Part shown: one piece after another, positions 13,601 through 26,935 of the stretch
Position numbering within the stretch: the stretch's first letter is position 1
Layout of the letters: the number at the start of each line of letters is the position of its first letter
Assembly: GCA_009914755.4 (NCBI GenBank)
Contig: CP086569.2
Location: 22,240,001 to 22,304,000, forward strand
Source: the human T2T-CHM13v2.0 reference genome, Homo sapiens
Length of the DNA: 64,000 nucleotides
Direction of reading: 5' to 3'
Position numbers and translations under genes: made by a program
The notes under the pieces: model-generated
Seen by the model: only the letters and a program-made list of their open reading frames with translations
What the model was told of the DNA's origin: nothing
The model's database searches: none

Positions 13601-16600
13601 GAAATAATATTTAATATTCAATTTAGAATTCTCTCTAGTAGAATTTCCTTCTCTGCAGGTAGCTGGCTACAGGGGTCTAGCAAAACCAATCTATTTTTGT
13701 GGTAAAGGCAAATACTGGGTTACTCAGGAAAGAACTCTTTCAGTCTGCAAAGCACAGTACATCTTTTCTCTGAGCAGAATAAATTCTTATCCAGTTTTAC
13801 TGTTCAATTAAATATTCAATTGAAGTTAATTGTTTTCTTTTTTATTACAAAGAAAATCTGGTTAATTTCTACTTATTTGTACTAAATATATTCTCTGTAA
13901 CTACCTAAAATTACATAGACATACACACACACATACAAAAGACTCAGTACAACTGGAAGACCAATGTGTACATGTGATCTGCTAAAAAAAAATAAATAAA
14001 TAAAAATAAAAAAAATTCTACTCTATTATTTTCATTATAGGATATAGTTGAAATTCGATCAATGGCCAATTTGAAATGAGTGTCTAAGACATCACTGGAG
14101 AAAGTATGTACGATGCAAAAAACATTTCTCTATGCATATACTTTATTTGTAAATACATTTATACTGTAGAGTTAAAATGGTTAACTTTTTTGTCAAAGAC
14201 TGGTACTGGCTAAAATTTTGTTTCTTAATATCTGTATCCCATTTGTGTTTTGTATCTTATAATCCTTTTATGCTATATCTAAGATTTAAAATGTTTTAAA
14301 CATTGGATGTTTGTCTTTAGTGGAAGTGTGGGGGACCCATGCGGTTGCTGTTTAGGGGATCTCATCTAAAGAAAGAAGTTAGTAACACGCAGCTGAGCAG
14401 GCAGTGGGCAGTGGTCCAGTGCTAGGTTTTTAGCTGTGACATGTATAAGTTTCTCAGGAATTCTCAGAAGTATTTGACGGAAATGAAACTGGTTTACCAA
14501 TGCTCTTTAAAAAAATCAGCTAAAGAATTATCCTATAATGTCCTGAGGAGAAAAATGAGCAAGGCACATAATTTGAGACAGGAAAAATACTAGGTGATTG
14601 CAGGAGAAAAGACAATCTCAAGCAGCAGTTTCACATGACAAGCAAAAATACACCCTTAAAGTAGCTGCATAAACTGGAAGCTGATAAGATTCCCACAAAC
14701 AAGAGTGTGGGCAAAGCTGGATAGCAACAACTGGACCCAATATGGTGTTGGATTTGAGCTAGGTTTCGCCTTGGAGAAAATACCAAAAAAAAAAAAAAAA
14801 ATTACTGTTGCTACCGTGCAGCCCCACTACTACAGTGCAGCAGAGCCACTGATCAAAGGCAGCAACTGCTTAAGTATGGCTGGTTCACATGTGAAAACTA
14901 CAAATCCCTGTTTGTTTAATTCATGTTTACTTTTTCTGTTATATAAAGTAAAAATTATTCCTTGCTGACACAGTGTTTCATTTTTCTTCCTTATTCCATA
15001 CCATTTACTTTCTTCTCACATTAGTTATAGTTTGTAACTTGTTTTGTCAAATATATGCAATGAGATAACACTGCAGTATTGTAGAAAGCACACTGCATTG
15101 GAAACAGACTCATATTGCAACAGGAAAATGCTGGAGGGCACACACCTGGAGAACTCAAGGCTCAGGGAAGAGCCTGCAGTGAGAAATCACAGGCCATCCC
15201 TGTTCTGGGGGAGAAAGGCCCATCAGGGAACAGTAACACTCATACTTCAGAATTGGGGAACCTGAAGTGACCTAAGAGGTGGGCTTTAATGCTCAGCCAC
15301 ATTCCCTCGCTAGACACACACAGAAGGTCCCCTGCCATTTAACTGATCATCTACAGTGGGATTTATTTTTACTTTTTACCAAGGCTCAACGGATAGCTGC
15401 CTCATTGTCTGCAGAAGAACACAGAGCTCTGTGGGGCTGTGGGAAAAGAGAGCTGACCTGCCCCCTTCCAAGAAAAAACCACCCTCCTTAGATGTCAGTG
15501 CCTTGAAGGGATGGGTTTGGTGTATTAATAAGAAAGAGTGCATTGGACTGGATACTAAGAAATGTATTGCATCATTTTTCTTGTCCTCTATAACATGAAA
15601 GGTCAATTAGAGATATAGAAACAATGGAACATTTCACAGCATGGCCTGACATTTCACTGCACTTTTATCTTTTTAACCATGTACCAAGTTCATTAAATAT
15701 GCAAAGGTAGGACTGTTATAGGACGAAAGTGGTGGAGTCAGAGGTCACAATCCACAGAAAGCTGACAGTCCCTTGTGGATGGGAACCTGAGTGCTGAATT
15801 AGAGTGAGAATCAGCTTTCAGGCTACCAACAGGGGACAAGGAGAATGAAGCTATCAGCAGTTAACAATATTGGATTAATTGAAATGATGTTGACAGAGAT
15901 TTTGTTAGCTTTACATCAAATTGAGTATAGTACTTCAAATTGAGTATTTGATAAGGGTAAACTCTTGTCAAATTTCCCACGTGTAAAATTGAGGATTAAT
16001 TCAAAGATTACACAACCCATACATATGAGTATCTCATTTAAATTTATATGCACAAGTGCAAACTTGCAGTGTGTAAATATTTGTCTACATCTAAATGTAT
16101 CCAAATCCATTGATCAACAGTTAGAAATTTAGAAATTATTCTCCCATTTTACCATTCCCTTTCCTAGAATTTTGTCAGAAATATAATTTTTCCATCTGTT
16201 TGAATCCTACTTTCTGGAAGCATGTAATGTATGGATATAGTAAAGCCATGAGAAATCCCAGAGTTTGTATCAGAGAAAACATTAACACTGGTTTTATAAA
16301 AGATCCATTTTGAGGAGAAATTTATACTTCACATGACTACAAATACAGAAGTATTAATTCATCGAAAGCTAATATCACTCAATACAATTTGTTTTTAATG
16401 TTTTATTTAAAATATGTAATCTCAAACGATTACTCGAGTAGAATAATGTTGTTGGTAATAAACAATTATTAAGAATTTCCTTTAATTTGTTGATTATTTA
16501 AAATGTAAGTAAAATACTAAAAAGTAGTAGTACTAAAAAGCAGCCATGTAGTTTCTCTATGGTTTTTTTTTAAATTAATAGTATCAATGGAATTCTTTTA

Positions 16601-17258
16601 CACAGAGAAATCTCCTTATATCATTTTATTATTATACTTTTACTTTATTACTTGCTTGCATGTCGCAACTGATAGAAATAAAAATATTTTTATTTATACA
16701 TATATAAAGCATGGATTTTTGTTTATGTTTTCTAGTGAGAGAAAGTCACCAATAATTTTATCTATATAGGAAAATTTTGACAAGCCCAAAATTCTTAACT
16801 TTCTTTTCTTTTGAAGGTTCTTATTTCAGTCTAGGTATGAGATGGAATTGACTGTGATCACTTTTTTATTTCACTATGACTACGGAGTTTCTGATACAGT
16901 GCTACAAATGTATAGACTTAAAAACTTGCTTTCTTCTTCTTCTTCCTTTGGACCTGAATCATGTGATTTCTGCAGTAATGTGCACTGTTATCTGAAATGA
17001 GGTTGCTGAAAGATACAAGCATAAATGGAATTTTTTACTTCCGTGAACCTTTAGGAACAACAAGTGAAGCTGTAAGATAATCATGATATGAACTTAAATC
17101 CACAGTTTCTCACAGAAGCACATAAGGGTGAAAATGCATTTAAAAATACATGCCACATCCAAAACATGAGGTAGGAAAATGAAAAGTTTATTTTGACATA
17201 AAGAACAGTTTAAAAGCTATGATTATTTCTGGTGAGAGCAACTAGCACTAAAAATCCT
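7668..17258. repeat. Segmental duplication copy A (about 9.6 kb), paralogous to 46898-61778
   Basis: Collinear homology at many anchor points (for example 7671 vs 46901, 10040 vs 49260, 11760 vs 51110, 12681 vs 53424, 14240 vs 55830, 15490 vs 60040, 16600 vs 61100), same orientation, roughly 85-90% identity by eye. Both ends are sharp. Confidence 0.85.
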
Positions 17259-18204
17259 ATTTTCTCTGTTTTAATACATGAAACTATTAATGTATCTTCA
17301 TGCTCTAAAAAGAGTTAGCTCTAACTTAAGCAACAACTTTACAGCCATTTCAAACACTGGGTGCATCATCTTAGAATTTCTCCAAGAATCTTTTGGGAGA
17401 AATATAATGTAATCTTGCTCTATAAACAATTGAATTAATCAATGAAATTATTATGACTGTAGTCTTGCAATTTCATTGTCCTTCTCTTTTCGGTTTTTAC
17501 ATATTCTGATTAAAATTCAAAAGCCCCTAGGAAGCATATGATAAATAACAATGACCGAAACAGCTGAAAAATCAAAAATGAGCAGCAGACACATTTCAAG
17601 GTTTCCTTTATGAGAATGCTACATTGACCATATGACATACACATGATATCAATCCCTGTGAGAAAATAATATTTGGGTAGCACTTGACAGTTCATCCAGT
17701 AACAGCAAATATTCTCATTTGACCTTCAAAAGGAATTTTAAACTTGTGTTTCATAAGTGACGAAAATGTGATTTAGTAACAGAAATCAGAGCTGTTACAT
17801 CTCTTTAAGAACATGTCAACCAGTAAAGCAGAGGCATGAGTTTTCTTCTGGAGTGAAGAAGGCAATGTTTATTAAAATCATGAGTCTTTTTTTAATGTTT
17901 CATCTTTTATTAATGTTTTGCTTATCAAAATCGTTGCCCTTATTTGCAGTTATATTGCCTGTATTTGCCTATTACAGCAGTTATCACACTTACTATTCCT
18001 CATTTATCTCTGTACCTGTTTCTACTGCACACTCAAAATAGCAAGGAAACAGTGTTTTTCTGAGCTTCTTGCAGACTGCCAGGCTTATTGTGGCATTTAG
18101 AAACTATCTGCTGAATGTTTGTGACATTTTCATTTAAGTTACATTCTAGGCCACTTGATTCTCATTTTCTATTTAGTATTTGGGTTTGGAGAGCTATTTT
18201 TAAT

Positions 18205-18650
18205 TTTAAGGTTTTTTTTTTCTTTTTTTTTTTTTTGTTTTATTATCCTGTAAGTTCTAGGGTACATGTACACAACGTGCAGGTTTGTAACATAGGGATA
18301 CATGTTCCATGTTTGTTTGCTGCCCCTATCAACTCGTCATTTACATTAGGTATTTCTCCAAATGCTATCCCTCCCTCAACCCCCCACCCCCGCGACCGGC
18401 CTCGGTGGGTGATGTTCCCTGCCCTGTGTCCATGTGTTCTCATTGTTCAACTCTCACTTATCAGTGAGAACATGCGGTGTTTGGTTTTCTGTCCTTGTGA
18501 TAGTTTGCTTAGTATGATGGTTTCCAGCTTCATCCATGACCCTGCAACCGCAATGAGATACCATCTCATGCCAGTTAGAATGGCGATCATTAAAAAGTGA
18601 GGGAATAACAGATGTTGGAGAGGATGTGGAGAAATGGGAACGCTTTTAAG
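18205..18650 (-). mobile_element. L1 3' fragment with internal inversion, consistent with twin priming
   Basis: 18240-18548 is the reverse complement of the L1 3' terminus (compare plus-strand L1 3' end at 38100-38160), with a poly-T run at 18205-18240 as its tail. 18548-18650 is sense-strand L1 ORF2 ([10 protein letters not shown]...CWRGCGE-type sequence). Confidence 0.7.
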
Positions 18651-18689
18651 TTTTTTTTTGTTTTTTTAAGTATATTTTAAGGATATACT

Positions 18690-20110
18690 TACACAGACGT
18701 GGAGCGGACAGTGTACCCCGTTCAAATTGGAGGCTCTGCTGGAGAGGACAGCCAGGGCACAGAGCGTGGAGGCGCCCTAGGGGGAGGAGAAGGTGCTGCT
18801 GTGGACGATATCGTGGCAGTGGTCCAGGTGGTGGTCGAGGAGAAGTCCGATATGGAGAGGCAGGAGGAGGATCAGCGGGCACGGCCATGCCCTGGCCCCA
18901 GCACTCCCCAGCCAGTAACAGACTCGTTGGAACTCCGTGAATGCCCCAGGCCGCATGGCCTGCCAGCGGCTGAGGTAGAAGCTTTGGCAGAGGTTCCTGC
19001 CCGGCCTCCGGAGAGAGCAATGAGGACAGGTTGTGCGGCTCCGATCCCAGGCAGCATCTAGGGGTGAATGTTTACAGCTCCTGAATCCCCAGCGGCCATG
19101 TGTTATACGATGTTAATTTAGTTTATCCATCTGTAGGCGGCTTGTGTTAGCTCAATAAGACACTCTGCCTTACCGCAAAAACAGAAGGCTTTCTGGATCC
19201 CGGGGTTTCCTGCCTTGGCTCACACGTGGGCTTGGAGAATAAGTGCAAGGTTTCATTGAGTGGAAGTTGTCAGCAGATGGATGGTGAGCCAGAAGGGAGA
19301 TGGAATGGGAACATATGCACACCCGTGCCTGTGTGCCTTTGTGTACCTTGGTTTGGGGGGGCCCACACTCCAGCCCACAGATGTGCCTCAAACTCAGCTC
19401 TTGCGCTGGCAAGCAGGGCACCACCAGGTTTGGCAATCCAAATTCAGGACCCCTGAAGCCTACACGCTAGGGAGACGCGAAGAGTCCTCATGGTTCTCAC
19501 AAATGGCAGAGGGAGGAGGAAAAGGGTGGCTGGCTCAAGCTACCTAGAGGAGATGCCATGGACCAGAAATGATATTTGGAGGGAAACAAAACCTAGCTGG
19601 TGCACGTGGGTCCCTTCCACGCCTTGAGGCCTGTTAACACCTGGGGCTCAGTTAGGCTCAACTAAGGCCCTCTTACCCTCCACGCAGAGGTGCACAGGAG
19701 GCAAACCCAGGTCTACGTCCTTCTAGAGTGGCCAGTCCTATCATGTTCTGTTTCAATGACTCCAGGGTCCCCTGACATGCTTTCTCCCTCTGCCACCCTC
19801 ACTCATGCTTCCCCAGCACTGAGACATTTCCTATGACATTAAAAAACAGACATAAAATTTGTAAAATACCTTAATACTATAGATGCAGATAAAGTAATTT
19901 GTTATGAAAAGTGCTCTTCCTCCTTACTTGTATCAGTCTTTTTCATGATGGGGGAAAGAATGCAACATACTTTGGTAAATTAAAAAAGTATAAAAGTAAA
20001 AATAAATCCCACTGTAGATGATCAATTAAATGGCAAGGAACCTTCTGTGTGTGTCCAGCGAAGCAATGTGGCTGAGCATTAAGGCTCACCTGAGTATTGG
20101 TGTAGACACC
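18690..20110 (+). pseudogene. TSPY-like pseudogene fragment T1: 3' two-thirds of exon 1 plus the 3' part of the gene; middle exons absent
   Basis: 18700-19090 translates to ...LGGGEGAAVDDIVAVVQVVVEEKSDMERQEEDQRARPCPGPSTP..., matching TSPY1 exon 1 as recalled (...[48 protein letters not shown]...) including the nucleotide run tgaatgtttacagctcctgaatccccag. 19560-19830 and 20030-20107 match the 3' part of copy T2 (44950-45190, 45255-45345). The ATG equivalent is mutated to ACG and the upstream region is replaced by the L1 at 18205-18650. Confidence 0.55.
19260..19560 (+). repeat. Local duplicated segment S1 (second copy at 20160-20430)
   Basis: cctgtgtgcctttgtgtaccttggtttgggggg...cctcaaactcagctcttg...ggcagagggaggaggaaaagggtggctgg...catggacc recurs about 0.9 kb downstream with many substitutions. 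Confidence 0.6.
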
Positions 20111-20159
20111 CAGTTTCCCTCATACCAGTGTGAGTGTGGGCATGTTCCCACCTGCGTGT

Positions 20160-20430
20160 CTGAGCTGGTGCACGAGTGTGCACACCTGTGCCTGTGTACC
20201 TTTGTGTACCTTGGTTTGTTGGGGGACACACTCCTGCCCACAGGTGTGCCTCAAACTCAGCTCTTGAGCTGGGAAACAGGGAGCCGCCAGGTTTCGCAAT
20301 CCAACTTCAGGACCTGAGAAGCCTGCGCGCTAGGGAGACGCAGAGTCCTCATGGTTCTCCAAACGGCAGAGGGAGGAGGAAAAGGGTGGCTGGCGTAAGC
20401 TACATAGAGGAGATGTCATGGACCTGAAAT
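20160..20430 (+). repeat. Second copy of local duplicated segment S1
   Basis: Diverged repeat of 19260-19560 in the same orientation. Confidence 0.6.
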
Positions 20431-22907
20431 GACATTCGGAGGGAAATGAAACCTAGCAGCTGTTTCTATCTTCCTGTGTGTTCAGTCGGGGCATTCAGGG
20501 AAGAAGCAATGGAAACTGAGGGGCTTTGGGATTCGTTGTCTGGGAATCCCTGTGCACCAGAGAGTGCCCAGCCCATGAGACAGGAGGACAGCATGTGGGT
20601 CCGGCAGGGCCTGAGTCTCCAGGGAGGCTGGCATTCTCCCCAAGAGGGCATGGGTCGGCAGGTGGAGGAGAAACCCGGGCTGCGGGGTCAGGTAGATGAG
20701 ACACTTATCACTTAGTCAGGTGGTAGCTCAGAAACAGGCCGGTGACACCCAGTTCCAGTGCTTCATGTGCGCACACAAGCTTCGCCCCACGCATCCTCTC
20801 CAGGATGCCTCACCTGGGTGGATAGGAAGCAAGGCACACCGCATCCTAAGCTTATGGTCATGAGTGGACCCAGAGGGGGGTCTCCAGTATCACTGGTCCC
20901 AGGAGAGGCAGGCATGCATGGTCTCTTCAAGACAGGGGTAAAATGCATAAGCCCAACTCTCCACCCAGTGGGTGTCTTGCCCTGATGATGTCAGCCATGG
21001 CAGATACAGCTCTTCCACCTAGATTGCAGATCCACAGGCTTAAAACATCCCCCGGCATTCTCCGGGAATGGTCCCTGGACTCTGGACCAGCCAGTGCCCC
21101 AGGACTGTTCCTTCCCAGCCGCCAAGCTCATGGGAGGCTCAGTGGGGACTCTCCTCCTAGTACATGGCCATCCACAGGCACTGTCAACAACCCAGGGCCC
21201 TTCTACATTCTGGGGTCCTGCCACCTTACCCAGCAGCGGGATAATGGGAAGGGAAAGAGCTGGAACAGACAGAGTGGAGGCCACAAGCCTCACACTCCTG
21301 CATGGCAAGTGAAGGGGGGGGATCCTTTTCAGCCCAGGGAGCTGCTTCCTGAACATACCTGGAAGCCCAGCACAAGCTGAGGGATTCATTCCACTACAGC
21401 TGGGCATGGGGGATTTCAATGTGTGTCGGAGCCCTGGATCCTAGTCGCCCTACCAGGTGTACTTCTCCTCCAGGTCACATTATGTTCACAACCTCTTTAA
21501 CCCAGATGGACTCCTCCTCATCATCACATGGTGTTGGCTGTAAGGGTTACTTCTGGTGCCCCAGCTGCTGTTTCAAGGTGCAGAGATGGACCAGCAGACC
21601 CCTGAGTCCTTGTCCTCCTGTCCAAGTAATATCCATAGAAATAGTAAAATAGTGGCACGTTAGACCTCTTGACATTTTTAAGGCTGACATGTTTACAAGC
21701 ATTTCATCCAGATATTTATGAGTTTTTATCTCATTTATTTTATTTATTTATAGCTGTCATTTCAAAATCTATTTTTGCTTGAGAGTTATTTATACATGTA
21801 ACCAAATGTTCAGAGCTATGACATATAGGTTTCAAGGTTAAAAGTCTGTATCTGCTATTGTGTTGGGTAAAACCCATCCAGCACTTACAAAAATAATTAT
21901 TGATTAGGCATGGCCACTGTAGTGGTCTAAAACACACTTTGAAATTCTTCTCAAACTCATTTGAAAATATTCCTGATGTAACTGAACATAGTACTTGCTT
22001 CTAATGCTTTCTAATAGAAAACAGGGCAAGCATTTTCTAGATACTGGGCCACCTCTGGCGTAGGCTAGAAAAGGTGACACAGCTGTGCCTAAGTCTCCTG
22101 CTTTCATGGGGACAAACCCCTTAGGAGAGCCCTGGACCAGTACATCACGAAGTCTAACACCCTGATAACACTATACAGAAGGGACATGCCATGGAAAGAC
22201 TCATAGAAATAGGAGATGCCCAAGGATCTCAGCATTCCAGCCCCAGCTATTTGAGTCATGCTAGCCATGGAACCAGGGAGACAGGAAGACAACTGACAAT
22301 GTCCCCATCCTGAGCCATCACTAGACTGCATCCTCCTGAGTGCCCCTGAACCACAATCATTTGGCTGAGAGACTACGGAAGATTGCAGAGACTGAGAGTT
22401 AGTAAATTATAATGATTGTTTTAAGCCATTACATTTTAGATAATTTTGAAAAGCTCTTTAGACTCCTAGAAAAACTGAGTTGTCTACTGATTTGAATAAT
22501 TGTGGAGAGCTTTAAAGGCCAATGTCACGAATGCTAATACCCTGGAAAAGTCAAACTATCAAGACTCTTCAAAACACAACAGATCTTTAATGTCCCTTTG
22601 CTATGGCTGGAGAATAATCTAACATGTATCTGATAGACCTTTTGGAAAGCCTCTGTTCACATCTCTCGGCCTGGTATGGGTCAACTCTGGTCTGGTTTAA
22701 TTCTAGGCAACTGCAGCAGCTCACCTTTCATTTTAGGTCGTGGCCTACACTGATTTTTTGATCACTGACTGTGTCTGTGTCTGTGCGTGTATGTTTTGTG
22801 TGTTACCATACTTTATCCGAAAGACCTAAATAATAGTGTTATAGTTTTTTTGTGAACATAAAGCATTCCAGGAAGACAATATTGCTTATCTACTGAGCTT
22901 TAAAACA

Positions 22908-23195
22908 GATATGAGGCAGGGCACAGAGGCTCACAGGTGCATTCCCAGCAGTTTGGCAGGCCAAGGTGGGCAGATTTCTTGATGTCAGGAGTTTGAGACG
23001 AGCCTGGACAACATGGCAAGATCTCATGTCTAATATCATATGAAAGCTAGCCAGCCTTGGTGGCCCATGCATATTATCCCAAACCCTGGGGACAGAGTTT
23101 GCCCTGTATTAAGATTATGCCACTGTGCTCCAGCCTGGGCACCAGAGTGAGACTCTGTCTCAGAAATAAAAACAAATAATAAAATACTAAAATAG
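22908..23195 (+). mobile_element. Alu SINE (degenerate)
   Basis: ggcagggcacagaggctcacagg...caggagtttgagacgagcctggacaacatggcaag...cactgtgctccagcctgggcaccagagtgagactctgtctc. Confidence 0.75.
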
Positions 23196-23229
23196 ATAGG
23201 AGAGATCACTGAAGAGAGAAATGAATAAA

Positions 23230-23545
23230 ACTGGGTGGGTATTGTGGCTTATGCCTGAAATCCCAGCACTTTGAGAGTCTGAGGTGGGTGGATCACTTGA
23301 AGACAGGAGTTCGAGACCAGCCTGAGCAAATATTGTGAAAACTGGTCTCTACTAAAAATACAAAAAAGAAAAAATAGGTAGGATTAGTGTCATATGCCTG
23401 CAGTTGCAGCTGCTCAGGAGGGTGTGACTGGACAATTGCTTGAACCCAGGATGGGGAGGTTGTAGTGAGCTGAGATCATGCCACTGCACACCAGCCTAGG
23501 CAACAGAGCAGAATTCTGTCTTCAAAAAAAATCAAAGAGAGAAAA
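23230..23545 (+). mobile_element. Alu SINE
   Basis: ctgggtgggtattgtggcttatgcctgaaatcccagcactttgagag...gagctgagatcatgccactgcacaccagcctaggcaacagagcag. Confidence 0.85.
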
Positions 23546-23552
23546 AGAGAGA

Positions 23553-23625
23553 GGGAGGAAGGAAGGAAGGAAGAATGGAAGGAAGGAAGGTTGGAGGGAG
23601 GGAGGGAATAAGGAAGGGAGAGAAG
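23553..23625. repeat. (GGAA)n microsatellite abutting the Alu tail
   Basis: gggaggaaggaaggaaggaagaatggaaggaaggaaggttggagggagggaggg. Confidence 0.8.
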
Positions 23626-24636
23626 AGAGAATGAAAGGTATAAAACCAACAGGAAATGAATAAAAATAAAAACTTGCCATTTTGCCCATTATCCACATGA
23701 ATTTTTGAACTATGTTTAAAACAATATTTAGGTCTCTAGTCGACTAACTGAAAGTTTAAAATAAGCTAGTGTATATTGTCAAAATTACTCATGTAACTAT
23801 GGTATTAACTAACATTCTTGTAGTTTTCAACAACCAAATCATTTTAATGTTTATCATCAAATCACATACTAGTGAGTGCAGGGTAGTCTGTTATGCTGCC
23901 TAATCTACACTAAATTAAAAATGAAATCAAATCTGCAAAAGGCTTTACAGTTACTATTACCAGTAAAGACTGTTTTGTTTCCTGACTTGTGGAGGTTTTT
24001 ATTTCCACAGTGTTGAGGGCTCTGGCAGAAAGCTTTCTTGGTCCAAACTCACCACTTATCATCACAGTATTTATGTGTCAGGCATTAAGGGGAATGAGCA
24101 TCCAATCCCACTGCTTTTCTGCATTGGTTCCCATGCACAAGCAAATGTGCTGTGTTAGTGATTATCAAATATTCTTACATTTGATCAAGGAAATTTGTGT
24201 TTTCCAAACTGTAAAACAAAAATATTACTATCAGTTGTATTTTTATTATTTATTTACTTAGAGGCAGGGTGTTGCTCTGTCATCAGGCTGAATCATACAT
24301 CACTGTAGTGCCAGACTTTTGGGCTCAGAGGATCCTCCAACAGCAGCCTCCCAAAGTACTGAAATTACAGACCTAAGACATTGCACTCAGCCTCAAGTTT
24401 AGAGAGAAAGGCTAAGGAATATATTGTAAACTATGTAAATAAACATAATTGCATGCTCTCTAGAGAGCTGGAAGAAACCCCTGCAAAACTGCCATTGTGG
24501 ACAAGGCTGCTGACAACAATGTAATGCAAGCAAAGGAGTGGGTCCTTCCCCACTGAGCCTTCAGATGATACCAGAGGCCAGCTTGGCATTTCCACTGCAG
24601 CTTTTTGAGAGAACATGAAACATAGGTGTCTGCGTT

Positions 24637-24646
<10 letters not shown>

Positions 24647-24667
<21 letters not shown>
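24647..24667. repeat. (TG)n microsatellite
   Basis: Uninterrupted gt dinucleotide run. Confidence 0.8.
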
Positions 24668-25979
24668 AAGCATACATACAGAACCTGTTGAACAAACTAG
24701 GATCACCCACACAATGGAATATGATGTAGCTTTTTGTAGATCTGGTAGAATTCATCCGAATCTATCAGTTTCTGGGCTTTTTTTTTTTGGCTGGTTGGTC
24801 ACTTATTACTAATAATTCCATTTTGGAAATTGAAATTGGTCAGGTTGGAGCTGAGACTGTGTCCACTTACATTCTCTTGTGGAACACAGAATGGCATGCT
24901 TGTAATTTTGGCTGTGATGGTTACTGGAAGGTCTCTGCACAGATAGGCTAGCTTTCTGCCAGCAGCAAGAGGGCCTAGGACTGACAATCAGCTCCCTTGA
25001 TATCTGCTGTTGAACAGTGGGAAGAGCTAGAGCTGAGACTGGGATTCTCTGTTTCTGAATAAAGTCATGTGCTCTAGAGATTCTAACGCCCCAGTGATTT
25101 CCATTAGATATATCAGAAGTGATCTTCCTTCCAGGGGTACTAAGGCTTATTATATAAACTACTTGCCCACTGCATCCAGGTAGGGCCAGAAACTTCATCC
25201 TTCACTACTAAATTGCCTCTGCTTTTCAGCCTGGGGATGGGTGGAGCACACAGGGCTAGGATGGTCAAAAGTATGGCAGCTGAGATTGGGTGGGGACACA
25301 TGCCCCTTCTGTGGATAATCACCAAGCTGCCTCTTTGTCACAGCCTTGGAATTTTGCAGAGAAAATCACTGTGGGATTTGGCAGTTAGTCAGTGATTTGA
25401 GCCTGGCAGACCCATCAACCATGGTTTGTTGCTGCAGAATAATGCTGTTGCTTCCCTTCTCTGACGGTGCACCTCTGCTGGCTGGAATGCAAAGCCACTG
25501 GTAAGATTACTGTTATGATCCCTGTAAGCCCCATCCATGTACTTTGTTTCTAACTGACCCCAGTTGTCTGATACCCGCAATGTTTCCCACAGGGTAAGAC
25601 TAGAGAGAACATCACGTGAAGAATTGCAAAATGGAAAAGAAAAGGCTGAATGTACACCTTCAACTCTCTCCTCCCTGAAGAAACTGTGAGTCCGGGGAAA
25701 TTTTTTGTACGCAACACTATGCTGGCTTGGGGGGGAGAAAAGTATCACATTAAAACTGTTATTTTATCCTATTTGTGTGGCTATTCTTAGTTCTACAGTC
25801 GAAGAAGGTGTCACAGATTCAATCGCAAGTTATGGAATCATTCACTAAGGTGTCCTTACCTAAGGATAGTTGTGAGTTAAGGTTTTTGTTTCTCAGAGAG
25901 GGAGGGAGTTAGTAGAATCGCAGAATGCCTGTTGTGTCACATCAGACCCCAGAAACAGGCAAGTTGAAAGACTGCTCCA

Positions 25980-26290
<311 letters not shown>

Positions 26291-26477
26291 CTAAGGGAGG
26301 AGGAGTTTAAAAGGTTGGGGTGCTTCCATGGAGAAGCTGAAAGCTAGAGCAAGCCAAGGGTTGGATTTAAGGAAGAGCTCACGGGACCATTGAAAACCAC
26401 CTCTTTGTCCTCTATGGAATGAAGGAAATAGTGAATTCTGAGCTCCACTGCTTACTGATATAGGCAAGTTATCAACC

Positions 26478-26935
26478 AGAGATACATGTCTTAATCTGTT
26501 TGTGTTCCTAAAAAAGACTGTGAGACTGGGAAATTTATAAAGAAAAGAGCTTTCATTGGATCCTGGTTCTGCAGGCTGTAAAAGATGTGTGGTGCCAGCA
26601 TCTGCATCTGGTGAGAGCCTCACCAGGCTTCCACTCAGGATGGAACATAAAAGGAAAACAGTCACGTCATGTGTGGAGAGAAGAGAAGGGGAGAGAGAGA
26701 AGAGGAGAAGGTATAAGGCTCTTTTCAACAAACTATTTGGATGTAATCTAGACTGTGGCAATAATACGGTGGAAAACTCACTTATTAACCATTGCAAGGC
26801 AGCCAGGCTATTTATGAGGGATCCATCCCCATGACCCAAACAAACACCTCCCACTAGGTGTCATTTACAGTGTGGAGGACCATATTTCAACCTGAGACTT
26901 GGAGGAAAAAATGTCCAAACTACATCAATAGGCAA
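26478..26935 (-). mobile_element. MaLR-type LTR (THE1/MST-like), minus orientation
   Basis: Reverse-complement resemblance to the THE1/MST LTR consensus as recalled: gagactgggaaatttataaagaaaag...ggttctgcaggctgt...cccccatgacccaaacaaacacctcccactagg...caacctgagacttggagg. The 187-aa minus-strand ORF here is an artefact of this repeat. Confidence 0.6.

Noticed and set aside
20440-21660. Cluster of overlapping 140-aa ORFs on both strands in GC-rich DNA downstream of T1.
   Set aside because: High GC content removes stop codons on both strands. There is no similarity to any protein I recognise and no paralogue elsewhere in the window. It is treated as non-coding.
26291-26854. 187-aa minus-strand ORF.
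   Set aside because: It coincides with a MaLR/THE1-type LTR and is a repeat-derived chance frame.
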